Assembly: GCA_963803705.1 (NCBI GenBank)
Contig: CAWDNU010000004.1
Location: 352,001 to 416,000 of the forward strand
From: an uncultured Pseudobdellovibrionaceae bacterium
GTDB taxonomy: Bacteria; Bdellovibrionota; Bdellovibrionia; Bdellovibrionales; UBA1609
Direction: 5' to 3'
Length of the DNA: 64,000 nucleotides
The translations under genes and the position numbers were made by a program. This document shows positions 1 through 9,598 of this stretch, piece by piece. Within the stretch, counting starts at the first letter, position 1, and each line of letters starts with the position of its first letter. Below the pieces are notes generated by a model. The model was not told the DNA's origin and did no database searches. It worked only from the letters and a program-made list of their open reading frames with translations.

Positions 1-242
1 TCATTTTTACCCCAACTCCAAGAAGGAGCTTCACCTTTTAAATAACAAATAATCAAAAGTGTGACTGTTGATATAAAAATAAAAAAACCAAATTGTAATC
101 TACTGAAAGCTTCAAAAAACATAGTTGTAGAAAGAATTGTAAATATATAAACAAGCACTACAGACCAGCCATATCTATTAGAAGGCGTCCATCCCCATCC
201 ATAATCTCTTTTTTTAAACCAAAATACTTTACTATCGCTCAT
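1..242 (-). CDS. Small membrane protein (WFKKRDYGWGWTP...KGEAPSWSWG type), runs off the left window edge
   Basis: Not in the ORF track. My translation from ATG at 242 (GAGGAG RBS upstream) gives MSDSKVFWFKKRDYGWGWTPSNRYGW, two hydrophobic segments, then KGEAPSWSWGKN, with no stop inside the window. Confidence 0.8.
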   Translation of the reverse strand, partial: MSDSKVFWFKKRDYGWGWTPSNRYGWSVVLVYIFTILSTTMFFEAFSRLQFGFFIFISTVTLLIICYLKGEAPSWSWGKN

Positions 243-252
243 TAATCGCTCC

Positions 253-1131
253 TCATTCAATTAAGCTTCCTCCGAACTCTTCTTTGATATCTTTTGCTAG
301 CTGCTCTTTCTCAGTCAAGGGTTTTAGTTTATATTGACCATCCGTGTTCTCAAACTTTTGGTATAGGGTCGAATACATCTCGTTATTAGCTAGTTTAAAT
401 TCAAAAGTTCTTCGGCCACAAACAGCTTTAAATACGACTTCACCTTTAAAGTCTTGTGTTGGGCTAAAGGACACTCTTTTTCCACTGGGTAAAACTTTAT
501 ATTCAATTTCATTTTTGTTGGTAATAGGCGAAAGAATATTGGTCTCACAGGGAAAGTCTGAATTAGTAACTATGTCACTATCAACCATCAAGGTTTTATC
601 AATCAGCTCTTCACTTGGCTCTGTGACTATGAGCTCTTTAAAGTTATGAATTTTAGCCGAGCTGCTATTGGCCAAACTGTTATTTTTAATATCAAAAACG
701 ACTTTAAATACATAAGGAAAGTTTTTGGAATCATCTAATGACTTTTTCATGTTTAGATAAACTACGTACTTGCCATCTTTTTTTCTTCTTATGATTTTTT
801 CTAGATCGTAAGAACGCTTAGCTTTTTTACTCATTAAAAAATCAAGATTTTCTTTATAACCCTCTAGCAACTTTTGCCTTGATTCAGACTCAACTAAGTT
901 CTCCACTGATTTAAAAATTTGTTTAGTGTTAGAGTTTTCATCAAAAGGGTAATATGCAGCCAAGAATTTTAAAATTATTTCGTAATCATTTTTAACATTT
1001 AGCACTGGCTTTAGTACTTGATTTTTAGATCTAAAATAGTTCACAACAGTCTGAACTCTCGGGTTCTCATAAGCTAAAAAGTGAATAACAAATAACCAAA
1101 TGATAAGAAAACTATATAGATATTTTTTCAT
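253..1131 (-). CDS. Hypothetical membrane-anchored protein (possible conjugation/T4SS-like envelope protein)
   Basis: 292-aa ORF with an N-terminal TM helix. A paralogous C-terminal remnant at 18231-18416 supports it being a real gene. The function is speculative. Confidence 0.6.
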   Translation of the reverse strand: MKKYLYSFLIIWLFVIHFLAYENPRVQTVVNYFRSKNQVLKPVLNVKNDYEIILKFLAAYYPFDENSNTKQIFKSVENLVESESRQKLLEGYKENLDFLMSKKAKRSYDLEKIIRRKKDGKYVVYLNMKKSLDDSKNFPYVFKVVFDIKNNSLANSSSAKIHNFKELIVTEPSEELIDKTLMVDSDIVTNSDFPCETNILSPITNKNEIEYKVLPSGKRVSFSPTQDFKGEVVFKAVCGRRTFEFKLANNEMYSTLYQKFENTDGQYKLKPLTEKEQLAKDIKEEFGGSLIE

Positions 1132-1581
1132 CTAATTTTTAATTTCCTTATTTAAGTCTTTATCTTGGTTTACAGGTCTAGCCTTTAAAATAGTTTCTGC
1201 AATGTATTTTTCTTGCTCGTTTATAGGAATTACTTTTCGACCCTTATGAATCTCATAAATAACTTTAACGCTTTTACCACTTTTTTTATCAATCATATAA
1301 CCAAGCTTTTCATCAATTTTCATAAATTCATTTTTAGCTTTGTAATCCTCAAACTCTTTTTTTGCCTCTTCTAATTCTTGTTGATCGCCCCATATATAGT
1401 CTGTAACAAACTTAGCAATTAAGCCAAAAGTTGCACCAGACTCTAGAGTTCTTAAAACTTTTTTTATCAGTTCATAATTTTTTTTATGATACACTTCATC
1501 TGAAAATTCGTAGTTCCAATCCTTAAGATAACTTGTAATTTTAGCTTCTGTCTTTTGAATATATGACTGCTTTAAAATCAT
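1132..1581 (-). CDS. Hypothetical protein, probably 5'-truncated
   Basis: 149-aa ORF abutting the next gene, with no RBS before the ATG. The frame stays open upstream (hydrophobic ALAFVF) to about 1620, across the junction at about 1600. Confidence 0.5.
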   Translation of the reverse strand: MILKQSYIQKTEAKITSYLKDWNYEFSDEVYHKKNYELIKKVLRTLESGATFGLIAKFVTDYIWGDQQELEEAKKEFEDYKAKNEFMKIDEKLGYMIDKKSGKSVKVIYEIHKGRKVIPINEQEKYIAETILKARPVNQDKDLNKEIKN

Positions 1582-1603
1582 AAAAACAAAAGCTAGGGCT
1601 CGG

Positions 1604-2059
1604 ATGTGCTCTGCAAAAATTCAGATGCCAAGTTTGATGGATCGAAAAGAAGATATCCCGTACATATGTCAAAATTTAACGGATTCACTCAAAGAAGAAA
1701 GTGGTAAAAATATTTCATACACAGATTTTCCAGCAATTTTAAAAAACTATTTTCAGCGTGATTATATTCCATTTAACATTAGAGGCATTAAAAGTGACTT
1801 AGAGCGAATAATGATCTATTGCCCTGTTAAATTTGACGGTGATATTGATTACCGTGGCTGGCGAAAAATCTTAGCGAGTGAATCAAATCAGTTAAACTCC
1901 AAAGACACTCAGTCTTATAACATTGATAACATTATGGAGCTTTTAGTTGAGCGCATGGGTAATGATGATTGGCCAGGTCTACATAGTATTAAAGACCAGC
2001 TAGAAGAAAAAATTTTACTTAGAGTGCAAGAAAAGTTTTCTACAAATAAATCCCGAGCC
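1604..2059 (+). pseudogene. Internal fragment of a sigma54-dependent activator (AAA+ lid plus start of Fis-type HTH)
   Basis: IQMPSLMDRKEDIPYI...PFNIRGIKSDLERIMI resembles the LPPLRERKEDIP...PGNVRELxNxIER lid. IKDQLEEKILLRVQEKFSTNKSRA resembles the start of a Fis HTH. Walker A/B and GAFTGA are absent, and the ORF tail runs antisense into the next gene. Confidence 0.7.
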
Positions 2060-2381
2060 AAAGTGCTGCGCCTACTATACCACTTCCGGCTTCAAATAGA
2101 GTGTCGTCAGTCACGACTACATTTAAATTTTCAATTGTTTCTTCAAAATCTAACAAATCGATATTGGATAATGAATTATTTTTTATATTAGTCCTAATCA
2201 ACTCTACATAGCTAAAAAATTCAATCTTTACGCTGTCCCCACCATTTCCTATAACGTCACCGTTTAAGGCTAATTTCTGGTCTTTAGAACTTTTGACTTC
2301 TGAATCATTGTTACAACCCATTAAGACTAAGGTTGTTATTGCCATTACAAATATTACGAATTTTTTGACTATTTTATTCAC
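2040..2381 (-). pseudogene. GNGGD-motif lipoprotein, probably 3'-truncated
   Basis: Lipobox LMGC and GDVIGNGGDSV motif. Overlaps the upstream TIGR02147-type gene by 4 bp. Ends abruptly at the junction with the sigma54-activator fragment. Confidence 0.55.
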
Positions 2382-3229
2382 TTAGGAGCTCCCTCTGTTT
2401 CTATTTTATTAATTTCAAAATAAGGTATAAATTGTAAATTGAGCTGATAAATACTGTTCGGATTTATTGTCTTGAATTTAGTGTTAAAGCTATCAATAAA
2501 ATTTCTAATCTCTTGTTTAGCTAGTGCAATGTCTTTACTTTCAAACTCAAGCGTTAATGACTGAAGCTCTCTTTTTTCAACAGGTAGTTTTCTAATCGAA
2601 GACAGTGAGTTTTCAATTGCAGATTCATGGAACTTTTTTATAGCCTCTTGAGGTATGTCATTTGTTGTTTTTAAATTAGACTTTTCAGTACATATAGTTC
2701 CGTTTTTTATTTCAAGTAAGCCAAAAGACTCTAAAGAATTTATAATTTTTTTAATTTGATGTTTAGAAATTTTAAATTGAAGTCCTTTATATATTTGATC
2801 TAAATCAAATTTGAAGTTCTTAAAAAATGCCAATCTTCTTAAGACTATTGGCTCCCAGCTAGAAAACAACTTAAAGTGTTCAGAGTTAAAAAGCTCAAAG
2901 TTTTTATAAGGATAAAGCTTTTCCAGCTCATTTAAAATTAAATTTTTAGTTAGACTTTCATCAGAAGTCTTTTCAAGTTCAATTAAGTTTAAAAAAAAGT
3001 CTTTTTCCCTTTTGTTAAACTTAAAGTAATTTACAAAAGCTGAAGTAATTTTTTTGCCAGGCTTTCGTTCACCATTTAGTATCATTGTAAGTGAAGCGGT
3101 ACCCTTTAAACCTAACTTTTTAGCCCATTGGGATTTGCTCCAGTGAACATTAAATTTCTTCTTGGATTCGGCATAGTTGTTTAAAAACAACCTATAGTTA
3201 CTAAATTCATAAATTTTACTGTTTTCCAT
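2378..3229 (-). CDS. TIGR02147/DUF4423-family HTH transcriptional regulator
   Basis: IYEFSNYRLFL N-terminus, XRE-like HTH (WAKKLGLKGTASLTMILNGERK), AIKKFH...KRELQSLTL and the C-terminal IYQLNLQFIP typical of the family. Confidence 0.88.
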   Translation of the reverse strand: MENSKIYEFSNYRLFLNNYAESKKKFNVHWSKSQWAKKLGLKGTASLTMILNGERKPGKKITSAFVNYFKFNKREKDFFLNLIELEKTSDESLTKNLILNELEKLYPYKNFELFNSEHFKLFSSWEPIVLRRLAFFKNFKFDLDQIYKGLQFKISKHQIKKIINSLESFGLLEIKNGTICTEKSNLKTTNDIPQEAIKKFHESAIENSLSSIRKLPVEKRELQSLTLEFESKDIALAKQEIRNFIDSFNTKFKTINPNSIYQLNLQFIPYFEINKIETEGAPK

Positions 3230-3250
3230 TCAAATCAATTAAAACGTAGC

Positions 3251-3310
3251 GTTAACAAAATCAAATAAAAAGTTAGCAAATATGAAAATTGCATTAGCAG
3301 GTTTGCTAAC
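3251..3310. promoter_or_regulatory. Candidate operator array upstream of the TIGR02147 gene
   Basis: GTTAACAAA (3251), GTTAGCAAA (3272) and ATTAGCAGG (3293) at a 21-bp period, plus the inverted copy TTTGCTAAC (3302-3310). Confidence 0.45.
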
Positions 3311-3458
3311 GATGTCATTTATTGCTAGACAGCTAAATTGTATTTGAGTTTAAGAAGTTAAATACGTTGTTATCAAATTTAGAAATTTGTGAATACCATT
3401 GATTGTTGTATCTGATAGAACCTAAACAAAGTTTTAACTATTTTTCAAAAAACAGGAA

Positions 3459-4658
3459 TTACTGTGCCAAGAGTTCTTCCATATATTTAATGATCAAATC
3501 TAATGAAGCTTTTTCCATAGGTCCATAAAGCATGTCCTTTCCCAAAGCATGACCAGTGCCATGCACATTAACTAATTGTATTGGGTGACCTGATTTAGGA
3601 TCTTGTGAATCAATTAAATTTTTTTGACGATTAAAATCAACCTGAACGTCCTTATCACCATTTAGATAAACAACCCGACCCATATAATCGCTTAGATAAT
3701 CTGATACGCTTGTATTATCTAAAAAAAACATTTTCCACCAGCTGTAAGACGCTATAATAGTCCCATCAGAATCACGAAATGGATCTGAATCATTTTTCCT
3801 CATCGCTTCATTCATCATATATTGATATGAAAGAGCACCTTCTTCAGCCAAACCTATAAGATCGACATAGCCATCTGGCGAAATCAGATCTTCAACAGAT
3901 AGCCGGGCTAAGTTAGTTGGCTCATTCTTATATGCAATAGCAATTTCACTATTATCAATTTTACCATCATTGTTTATATCAAGCGAACTAGGTGCATCAA
4001 TAAGTCTTAAGCTCACTTGCCACTCAAATGTTGAAGCAATGCTTTCGGCCATACCTCCTAAAAACAAAACACCTTTAGGTTGTATCCGGTTTTCTTGAAT
4101 TAGCTTAGAGATATGCAGTGACCCTTCAGAATGCCCCAATGTGAAAACTTCGACCCCTTTGTTTTTAGCATAGCTAGCCGCAAATTTATAAACAGATTCA
4201 ATATCTTCTCTAATGTTTGCAGGGCTAACTGATTTACGAACATTCGGATCAACACAGTGTTTTATAAAATGAGCCATTATTTGCTCTTCAGAGCAGTTAT
4301 GACAAATTGGCATAGTCTTTTTATTACATTTAATTCCACGATAATCGAACCTTGCAACAGCAAATCCTTGTGATGTCAGTTGCTCTGAGATCTTCTTAAA
4401 AATTAATTCTTCAGTAGAATCAGTAATGCCAAAATCAACATCTCTATCATGTAGTCCTGACCCAGGAACCAATAGAACTACACCTCGGGGTTCAATTGTA
4501 GCTGGTAAATCAATTTGACCCGAAAGAGAGGTCGTCTGATCCTTGCTGTTAATATTAAATTGTATTGAATTCAAATAGTTCGTACAGATTTGAGCTGACA
4601 AGACCAGTTCAAATTTAAAAAAAATTATAAACATAAAAGCTATTCTAAACATATTCAT
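3459..4658 (-). CDS. Secreted alpha/beta-fold hydrolase (esterase/peptidase-like) with an EF-hand-like loop
   Basis: Signal peptide, LVPGSGLHDRD, RFDYRG, nucleophile GHSEG, GDKDVQV, GTGHAL, and a DINNDGKID Ca-binding-like motif. Confidence 0.85.
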   Translation of the reverse strand: MNMFRIAFMFIIFFKFELVLSAQICTNYLNSIQFNINSKDQTTSLSGQIDLPATIEPRGVVLLVPGSGLHDRDVDFGITDSTEELIFKKISEQLTSQGFAVARFDYRGIKCNKKTMPICHNCSEEQIMAHFIKHCVDPNVRKSVSPANIREDIESVYKFAASYAKNKGVEVFTLGHSEGSLHISKLIQENRIQPKGVLFLGGMAESIASTFEWQVSLRLIDAPSSLDINNDGKIDNSEIAIAYKNEPTNLARLSVEDLISPDGYVDLIGLAEEGALSYQYMMNEAMRKNDSDPFRDSDGTIIASYSWWKMFFLDNTSVSDYLSDYMGRVVYLNGDKDVQVDFNRQKNLIDSQDPKSGHPIQLVNVHGTGHALGKDMLYGPMEKASLDLIIKYMEELLAQ

Positions 4659-4771
4659 AATATCTGAACCTTACTTAACACAAGCCAGTTATCATATCCA
4701 ATTTATTAAATAAAAATTAAGATTATTATAGCTTAAGTTCATAAATTTACGCTCTTAGCGTTATAGTGAAT

Positions 4772-5518
4772 TTATGACAAACCAGTGCTATGTACATTTT
4801 TTTTCATATTTTGTATTATGAATAAGTAAGTCAGAATAATAGCAACTAAAACCTCGACGCCAATAGACTGAGCTTTAGATGGAGTCCAATTCACACCCAA
4901 ATTACCTTGAGCTAAAATCATTTCTAAAAAGTTATTCGAAAAATGAGCTCCGATTGGAGCCCACATTGTTTTAGTTAAAAAAAACAAAATACCTAAAGAA
5001 TACCCTGCAACGAATAGATAAAAACCATCATATAGCAAGTTCATTGCTGGGTTGAATATATGTAAAACAGCGAATAAAAAACCAAAAATAATACAAGCAC
5101 CAAATTCTGAATATTTTTGTGCTGCAAACTGCAGGGGAACCCCTCTAAACCAAAGCTCTTCCCAGGTAACTATACATAAGGTACCCAGAATGGCTGGAAC
5201 CCAATCGAGCTTAACATAAGTTACATAGACCAATTTACTGAAGAGTAAATCTATAATGAAAGGTATTAAAATGAGCGAGCCGATTAACATACCCAAAGCA
5301 AGATAATGAATTTTTGAAAATCGATATGTTGATATGGCAGGCTTAGTTAAACCTGTAAGGTAAGCCAGGACGAGATTCAAAGTTCCAAACATAATTAAAA
5401 GTATATACTTGGAAGAAAATCCACCATAAATTTTAGATATTTGCTCAGATAATAGCAGAAGCAAAACACCAGACATAACAGTTAGAATAGGCGAAATTCT
5501 AGATAATAAGTTATTCAT
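4772..5518 (-). CDS. CPBP/Abi (CAAX protease-like) intramembrane metalloprotease
   Basis: WEELWFRG, FAVLH and PIGAHFSNN motifs in a multi-TM protein. Confidence 0.92.
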   Translation of the reverse strand: MNNLLSRISPILTVMSGVLLLLLSEQISKIYGGFSSKYILLIMFGTLNLVLAYLTGLTKPAISTYRFSKIHYLALGMLIGSLILIPFIIDLLFSKLVYVTYVKLDWVPAILGTLCIVTWEELWFRGVPLQFAAQKYSEFGACIIFGFLFAVLHIFNPAMNLLYDGFYLFVAGYSLGILFFLTKTMWAPIGAHFSNNFLEMILAQGNLGVNWTPSKAQSIGVEVLVAIILTYLFIIQNMKKNVHSTGLS

Positions 5519-5525
5519 ATCTTAA

Positions 5526-6674
5526 TCAGTCAATTTGAGGAGTATAAAGGAGGACTTCAATTTTTTCGCCGGAGTAACCAAATTTATATTTATAATAACC
5601 ATACTCTTTTTTAGATACACCCCCGGTTCCAGTGTATATCCATTCGTTTCCGGTACGCTCGGGACTAATTGATAGACTAACAAAGTTAGCGTCTAAAACT
5701 TCACTAGGAACCCTGCCAACACCGTCACCATCAATCATAATACCACCATTAAATGAAATATGCCTTATGGCTCTAAAGCCAGGGGTTTCGGGGCTATTTA
5801 ACCTATCCGGATTAGCAAAATCTGGATACCGTGGAAACATTTCTTTATTCCTAATCAAATCCTCTTCTGTAGTAGGTTTATAAAAAATTCCGCCCATAGC
5901 GGCCTTAGATATTAAACCTTGAAAACCATAATCTAGAATTAGGTCGATCAAAAATAAAAATTCTGGTTTATTGTCATGAGCAGCTGCTCTTTCGACTAAG
6001 GGTAAATGTACATGAATATACTCTCTGATAGGTGAACCAGGTTCTTCAGAAAACCTCACAATCCCGTTAGTAGCTGTTTCATTATCAATTCCATGGCCAG
6101 CCGGTCTAGTGTTAACTCTAATTACTTCATGAATGACAAGATCTGGGTAATGTGCCTTCAGGTCTGTTATTACAATTTCTAAGATACTTCCATGTATGGG
6201 TACATAGCTGTTATCAGTAATATATTTGCGATCTGCCCGAGTTACATCTGTCCAAACATCATAATTAAGTCGGTTTTTAGGTTTAGTTAGAAAACTAATA
6301 TCATTTTTGTCGTCTGAAATAAATGGATTTGAATCAAGCCCAATGACTGTGGTTGCAGACTCAAATGAGCGAAATGCGGTAATAGCGTCTGAACCAGATG
6401 CAGGATATAAAACTGTCTTCACTCCACCAAATGTTCTGCCAAGTGAACTCGTCACTTTGTTTAAGTAACTTAAAACATTATTGACAGACGTGTCTAATTC
6501 ATAATCTGCAGCATTTACCTGGTTATTTGCAAAGTTAAGAGCAGTATAAGTACTATTGGGAAAATAGAATGATTTTTGTGGATCAGAAGGAATACTTAAA
6601 TATTCTGTGCAAATTGAAGCCAATGAATTTGAATTCACTGATACAGTTAAAAAAACAAAAATTAAATATTTCAC
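5526..6674 (-). CDS. Secreted hypothetical protein
   Basis: GTG start, signal peptide, ICTEYL after the cleavage site. VLYPASGSD...IGLD resembles a SAM-binding Rossmann motif (weak). Confidence 0.7.
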   Translation of the reverse strand: MKYLIFVFLTVSVNSNSLASICTEYLSIPSDPQKSFYFPNSTYTALNFANNQVNAADYELDTSVNNVLSYLNKVTSSLGRTFGGVKTVLYPASGSDAITAFRSFESATTVIGLDSNPFISDDKNDISFLTKPKNRLNYDVWTDVTRADRKYITDNSYVPIHGSILEIVITDLKAHYPDLVIHEVIRVNTRPAGHGIDNETATNGIVRFSEEPGSPIREYIHVHLPLVERAAAHDNKPEFLFLIDLILDYGFQGLISKAAMGGIFYKPTTEEDLIRNKEMFPRYPDFANPDRLNSPETPGFRAIRHISFNGGIMIDGDGVGRVPSEVLDANFVSLSISPERTGNEWIYTGTGGVSKKEYGYYKYKFGYSGEKIEVLLYTPQID

Positions 6675-7067
6675 AGAAGTCCCTAATGTTAAATAACAAC
6701 ACCTATTTTTATAGTGGCAACGTAACTAAATCAATTTTAGTAGATACAAATAGAATTTTTTCATTAGCCAAATTTGAGCTGATTTTAGGCTGTACGATTT
6801 AAGCTAAAATATAGGCCAAAGTCATTAAAATTATTTAGAACTTACTTTATCCAGTTGGTTAAAAATAAGTCTCAAATAAAGTAGTTAACATTTGAAATGT
6901 TACTTTATCATTTATTAAAGTCCACGTATCAATTTGTGGAAGCCTTGGAAATCAAAAAATAAATGAGCCTTATAACTAATACTAAAAGGCACGATAGAAA
7001 ATTGAAGTCTCAAACCAAAAAGAAGAGATTATCTTATCAAGCTCAGCAATATGAAAAGTGAACACAA

Positions 7068-7598
7068 TTAATCTACAACATTATCCACGAATTCAATATA
7101 ACCTGACCTTACTAAACTTGCTAAAGCAGTCTGCAAGTTAACTTCAGTTTTGCTAAAACAAGAAACTTCAATCGTAGCTCCGTTGTTATCATCAATAAGA
7201 GCTAAATTTATTGAATTTCTTCCAAAAGGCGTTATACCATAGCTCTCGAGATTAGTTTGCATTTGAGTTATACTTTCACCGTATTCTAAAAAACTGTTCA
7301 TCTGAGCGGAATCCGTTTGTTCAACTAGCAATCTATATAATTCTTGATCATTTAAAGAAGTAATAGGATTTTGGTTAATAGCAACACTAAACTTTCTACC
7401 AAAACTAATTATGACCTCATGCTTTGAAGGTTCAAAATAACTAACACATGGGATTCCACCCAATGAATCCATAAGCACCATTGTTTGCCCTGGACTAATA
7501 TAAAAATGGTGCCGAACCCAAGTTGCTATCAAGTCCTGCGTATTTGCATTTGCAATGGAAGTAAAAAAAACTAAAGAACAAAATAATAAACGTTTCAT
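7068..7598 (-). CDS. Secreted hypothetical protein
   Basis: Signal peptide ending ANA, AGGAG RBS and a sigma54-like promoter upstream. Confidence 0.75.
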   Translation of the reverse strand: MKRLLFCSLVFFTSIANANTQDLIATWVRHHFYISPGQTMVLMDSLGGIPCVSYFEPSKHEVIISFGRKFSVAINQNPITSLNDQELYRLLVEQTDSAQMNSFLEYGESITQMQTNLESYGITPFGRNSINLALIDDNNGATIEVSCFSKTEVNLQTALASLVRSGYIEFVDNVVD

Positions 7599-7639
7599 AG
7601 AATCTCCTATAATCTAATAAGTTAATTTATAAAATGATT

Positions 7640-7655
7640 TGCATAAATCATACCT
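7640..7655 (-). promoter_or_regulatory. Putative sigma54 -24/-12 promoter
   Basis: Minus strand AGGTATGATTTATGCA = GG-N10-GC, about 40 bp upstream of the ATG at 7598. Confidence 0.55.
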
Positions 7656-7869
7656 CAAAACCCAACCCGTTAAATCAAGATAAACTAACAAAGGCATATT
7701 AAAACCTACAGTTTTACGTTTTTTGAGGTACGAGAACTGTAACTTTTACACCCCTTTTAGGAACCATTACTATTAAACGTGTGCCTAAGATTATGAGGAG
7801 CTTATCATAAGATAGATTAAGCACGGCATTTAAAACTAGAGATCAACTCTAATTTTAATAATTTTATAG

Positions 7870-9051
7870 TTATTTAGGGTAATACACTTCAGAAGGGTAG
7901 CATTTATAATAAATAGTATCCTCCCTGGTTACTAGAGGAAATTCTGAAGTTACACTATCTGCAGTAAAATTCATTACACCAAATTTACTGCCCTGGAAAA
8001 TCCCTTCGTTCATGTTAACTCTTAAGATTTCTCTATCAAAAAAAATTAATCCTGTTGTTGATAAATAGCTCCCGTGAATTAATGAAGTTACTATGTCCGA
8101 CCATATATAATTCTCGATAAAAGCAGGGGTTGATTTTAAAAGCATTCTACCATTTAGACTAAGAAATCTTATTTCAATAAAATCAGTGTCTGGTCTAAGT
8201 GGGCCTGTTCCTCCTAAATCTAGACCTTTGATACTTTGCATGTAAAAAAGGGTGTCGCCACGTCTAAGGCCAAATCGTCTTCCTCGAATAGGTTTTGTTC
8301 TTAACACACTATATTCCGAGTCAATAGGTTCTGATGATCCTTCACATAGAACTGGGGGGATTTTGTTAAGATCAACTCCAATTTCTTTTTCATTATCATC
8401 TTCGACAAATGTTGAGGTTAAATATCGTGCATATCTTGAATCTAAAACTGAACTCATCACACGATCAATCGAATAAAAAGTTTCATGAACAACTAATGAA
8501 GCCTGGTCAAAAGCACTTAGGTGATCCCAAATGTTTTTTTGAATAAGTACGGAATTAGGAGATAAGTATCTAGCCAATTGAACGATTTGACACCCGTCCG
8601 CAGGTGATAATACGTTGGCTTCATCACTAACTTCATTCAGCACAGCATTTTTAATAAAATTTCTGCCTGTTAATAGATTTAAATGGATAACTTCGAAGTG
8701 TGATTTAATTTCATTTGCGTATCCAGTTTTGCCAATTCTTTTTTGGAAAATACTTATCCAATTTTCGTAAGTTAGATTTTTTGTACGCTCTGATTCATAG
8801 TCATAATTATATAATATTTCACCTTCATATAAATCAAAGAGTTGTGCCGATTTAATATTGCCTTTTTGATCCAAGCATACCACGGCGTCACCACCACCTG
8901 ATACTGAAGGTCCCATGCTCTGATTAAAAACAAAAGCCTTGTTGCCACCGTTACTAGCATCGATCATATTATTTTTAGTATGCTTTGAACCACAGCCTAT
9001 ATTGATAAAAATGAATAAACTTATAAATAAATAATATATATTATTTATCAT
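7870..9051 (-). CDS. GGGD-motif lipoprotein, Bdellovibrionota-type
   Basis: Lipobox NIGC, GPSVSGGGDAVVC...LFDLYEG, and CQIVQLA...IWDHLSAFDQASLVVHETFY. The start is probably ATG 9051, overlapping the upstream stop. Confidence 0.75.
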   Translation of the reverse strand: MINNIYYLFISLFIFINIGCGSKHTKNNMIDASNGGNKAFVFNQSMGPSVSGGGDAVVCLDQKGNIKSAQLFDLYEGEILYNYDYESERTKNLTYENWISIFQKRIGKTGYANEIKSHFEVIHLNLLTGRNFIKNAVLNEVSDEANVLSPADGCQIVQLARYLSPNSVLIQKNIWDHLSAFDQASLVVHETFYSIDRVMSSVLDSRYARYLTSTFVEDDNEKEIGVDLNKIPPVLCEGSSEPIDSEYSVLRTKPIRGRRFGLRRGDTLFYMQSIKGLDLGGTGPLRPDTDFIEIRFLSLNGRMLLKSTPAFIENYIWSDIVTSLIHGSYLSTTGLIFFDREILRVNMNEGIFQGSKFGVMNFTADSVTSEFPLVTREDTIYYKCYPSEVYYPK

Positions 9052-9490
9052 TTTTAACCTCTTCACTTGAATTGCTAAATATACACTTAACAGTTATTGG
9101 TCCATAATCTTCAACACCAGTATTAGCTTCTGCTGAGAGAATTTTAGCTTTTGAGTATTGGATATTTTGCCCATAGAGCGCTGTGATCGTAGAGGCATAA
9201 AGTGGAGTAAAAGTTTCAGGAATACTCCTATTAATATAAAGATCCACCCTATTAAACTGGGCGTAAACTGAAATACTTATAGAGAAACCATTGTTATAAA
9301 ATAATTGTTCATCAGCTGACACTTGTCGTCCAGTTCCGTTGCTGTATGGCACATCGCTAATTGGCACTGTTTTTAAAGTATGAACAACGGCCCCGGGCGA
9401 ATCATCATTGAGATAACATTGATACAAATCGGCTAAAGCTATGTTTGGTAGAATCAGGCCAAATAATATAAATTTTGTTTTAAGTTCCAT
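9041..9490 (-). CDS. Secreted hypothetical protein
   Basis: ATG 9490 follows GAGGAG. Signal peptide ending ALA. Two Cys near the termini of the mature protein. Confidence 0.75.
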   Translation of the reverse strand: MELKTKFILFGLILPNIALADLYQCYLNDDSPGAVVHTLKTVPISDVPYSNGTGRQVSADEQLFYNNGFSISISVYAQFNRVDLYINRSIPETFTPLYASTITALYGQNIQYSKAKILSAEANTGVEDYGPITVKCIFSNSSEEVKNDK

Positions 9491-9598
9491 AATTTTTCTC
9501 CTCTTGTTTAATGCTATATTTAAACTCATAAGTCCATTAACGTAAGTAAAAATTAATTAATTGTTGCTATTATTGTAAGTATTGATTACATAAATGCC

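Noticed and set aside
2060..2191. C-terminal part of ORF 1604..2191 as real coding sequence
   Set aside because: Similarity to sigma54 activators stops near 2059. The remainder is the antisense of the lipoprotein gene.
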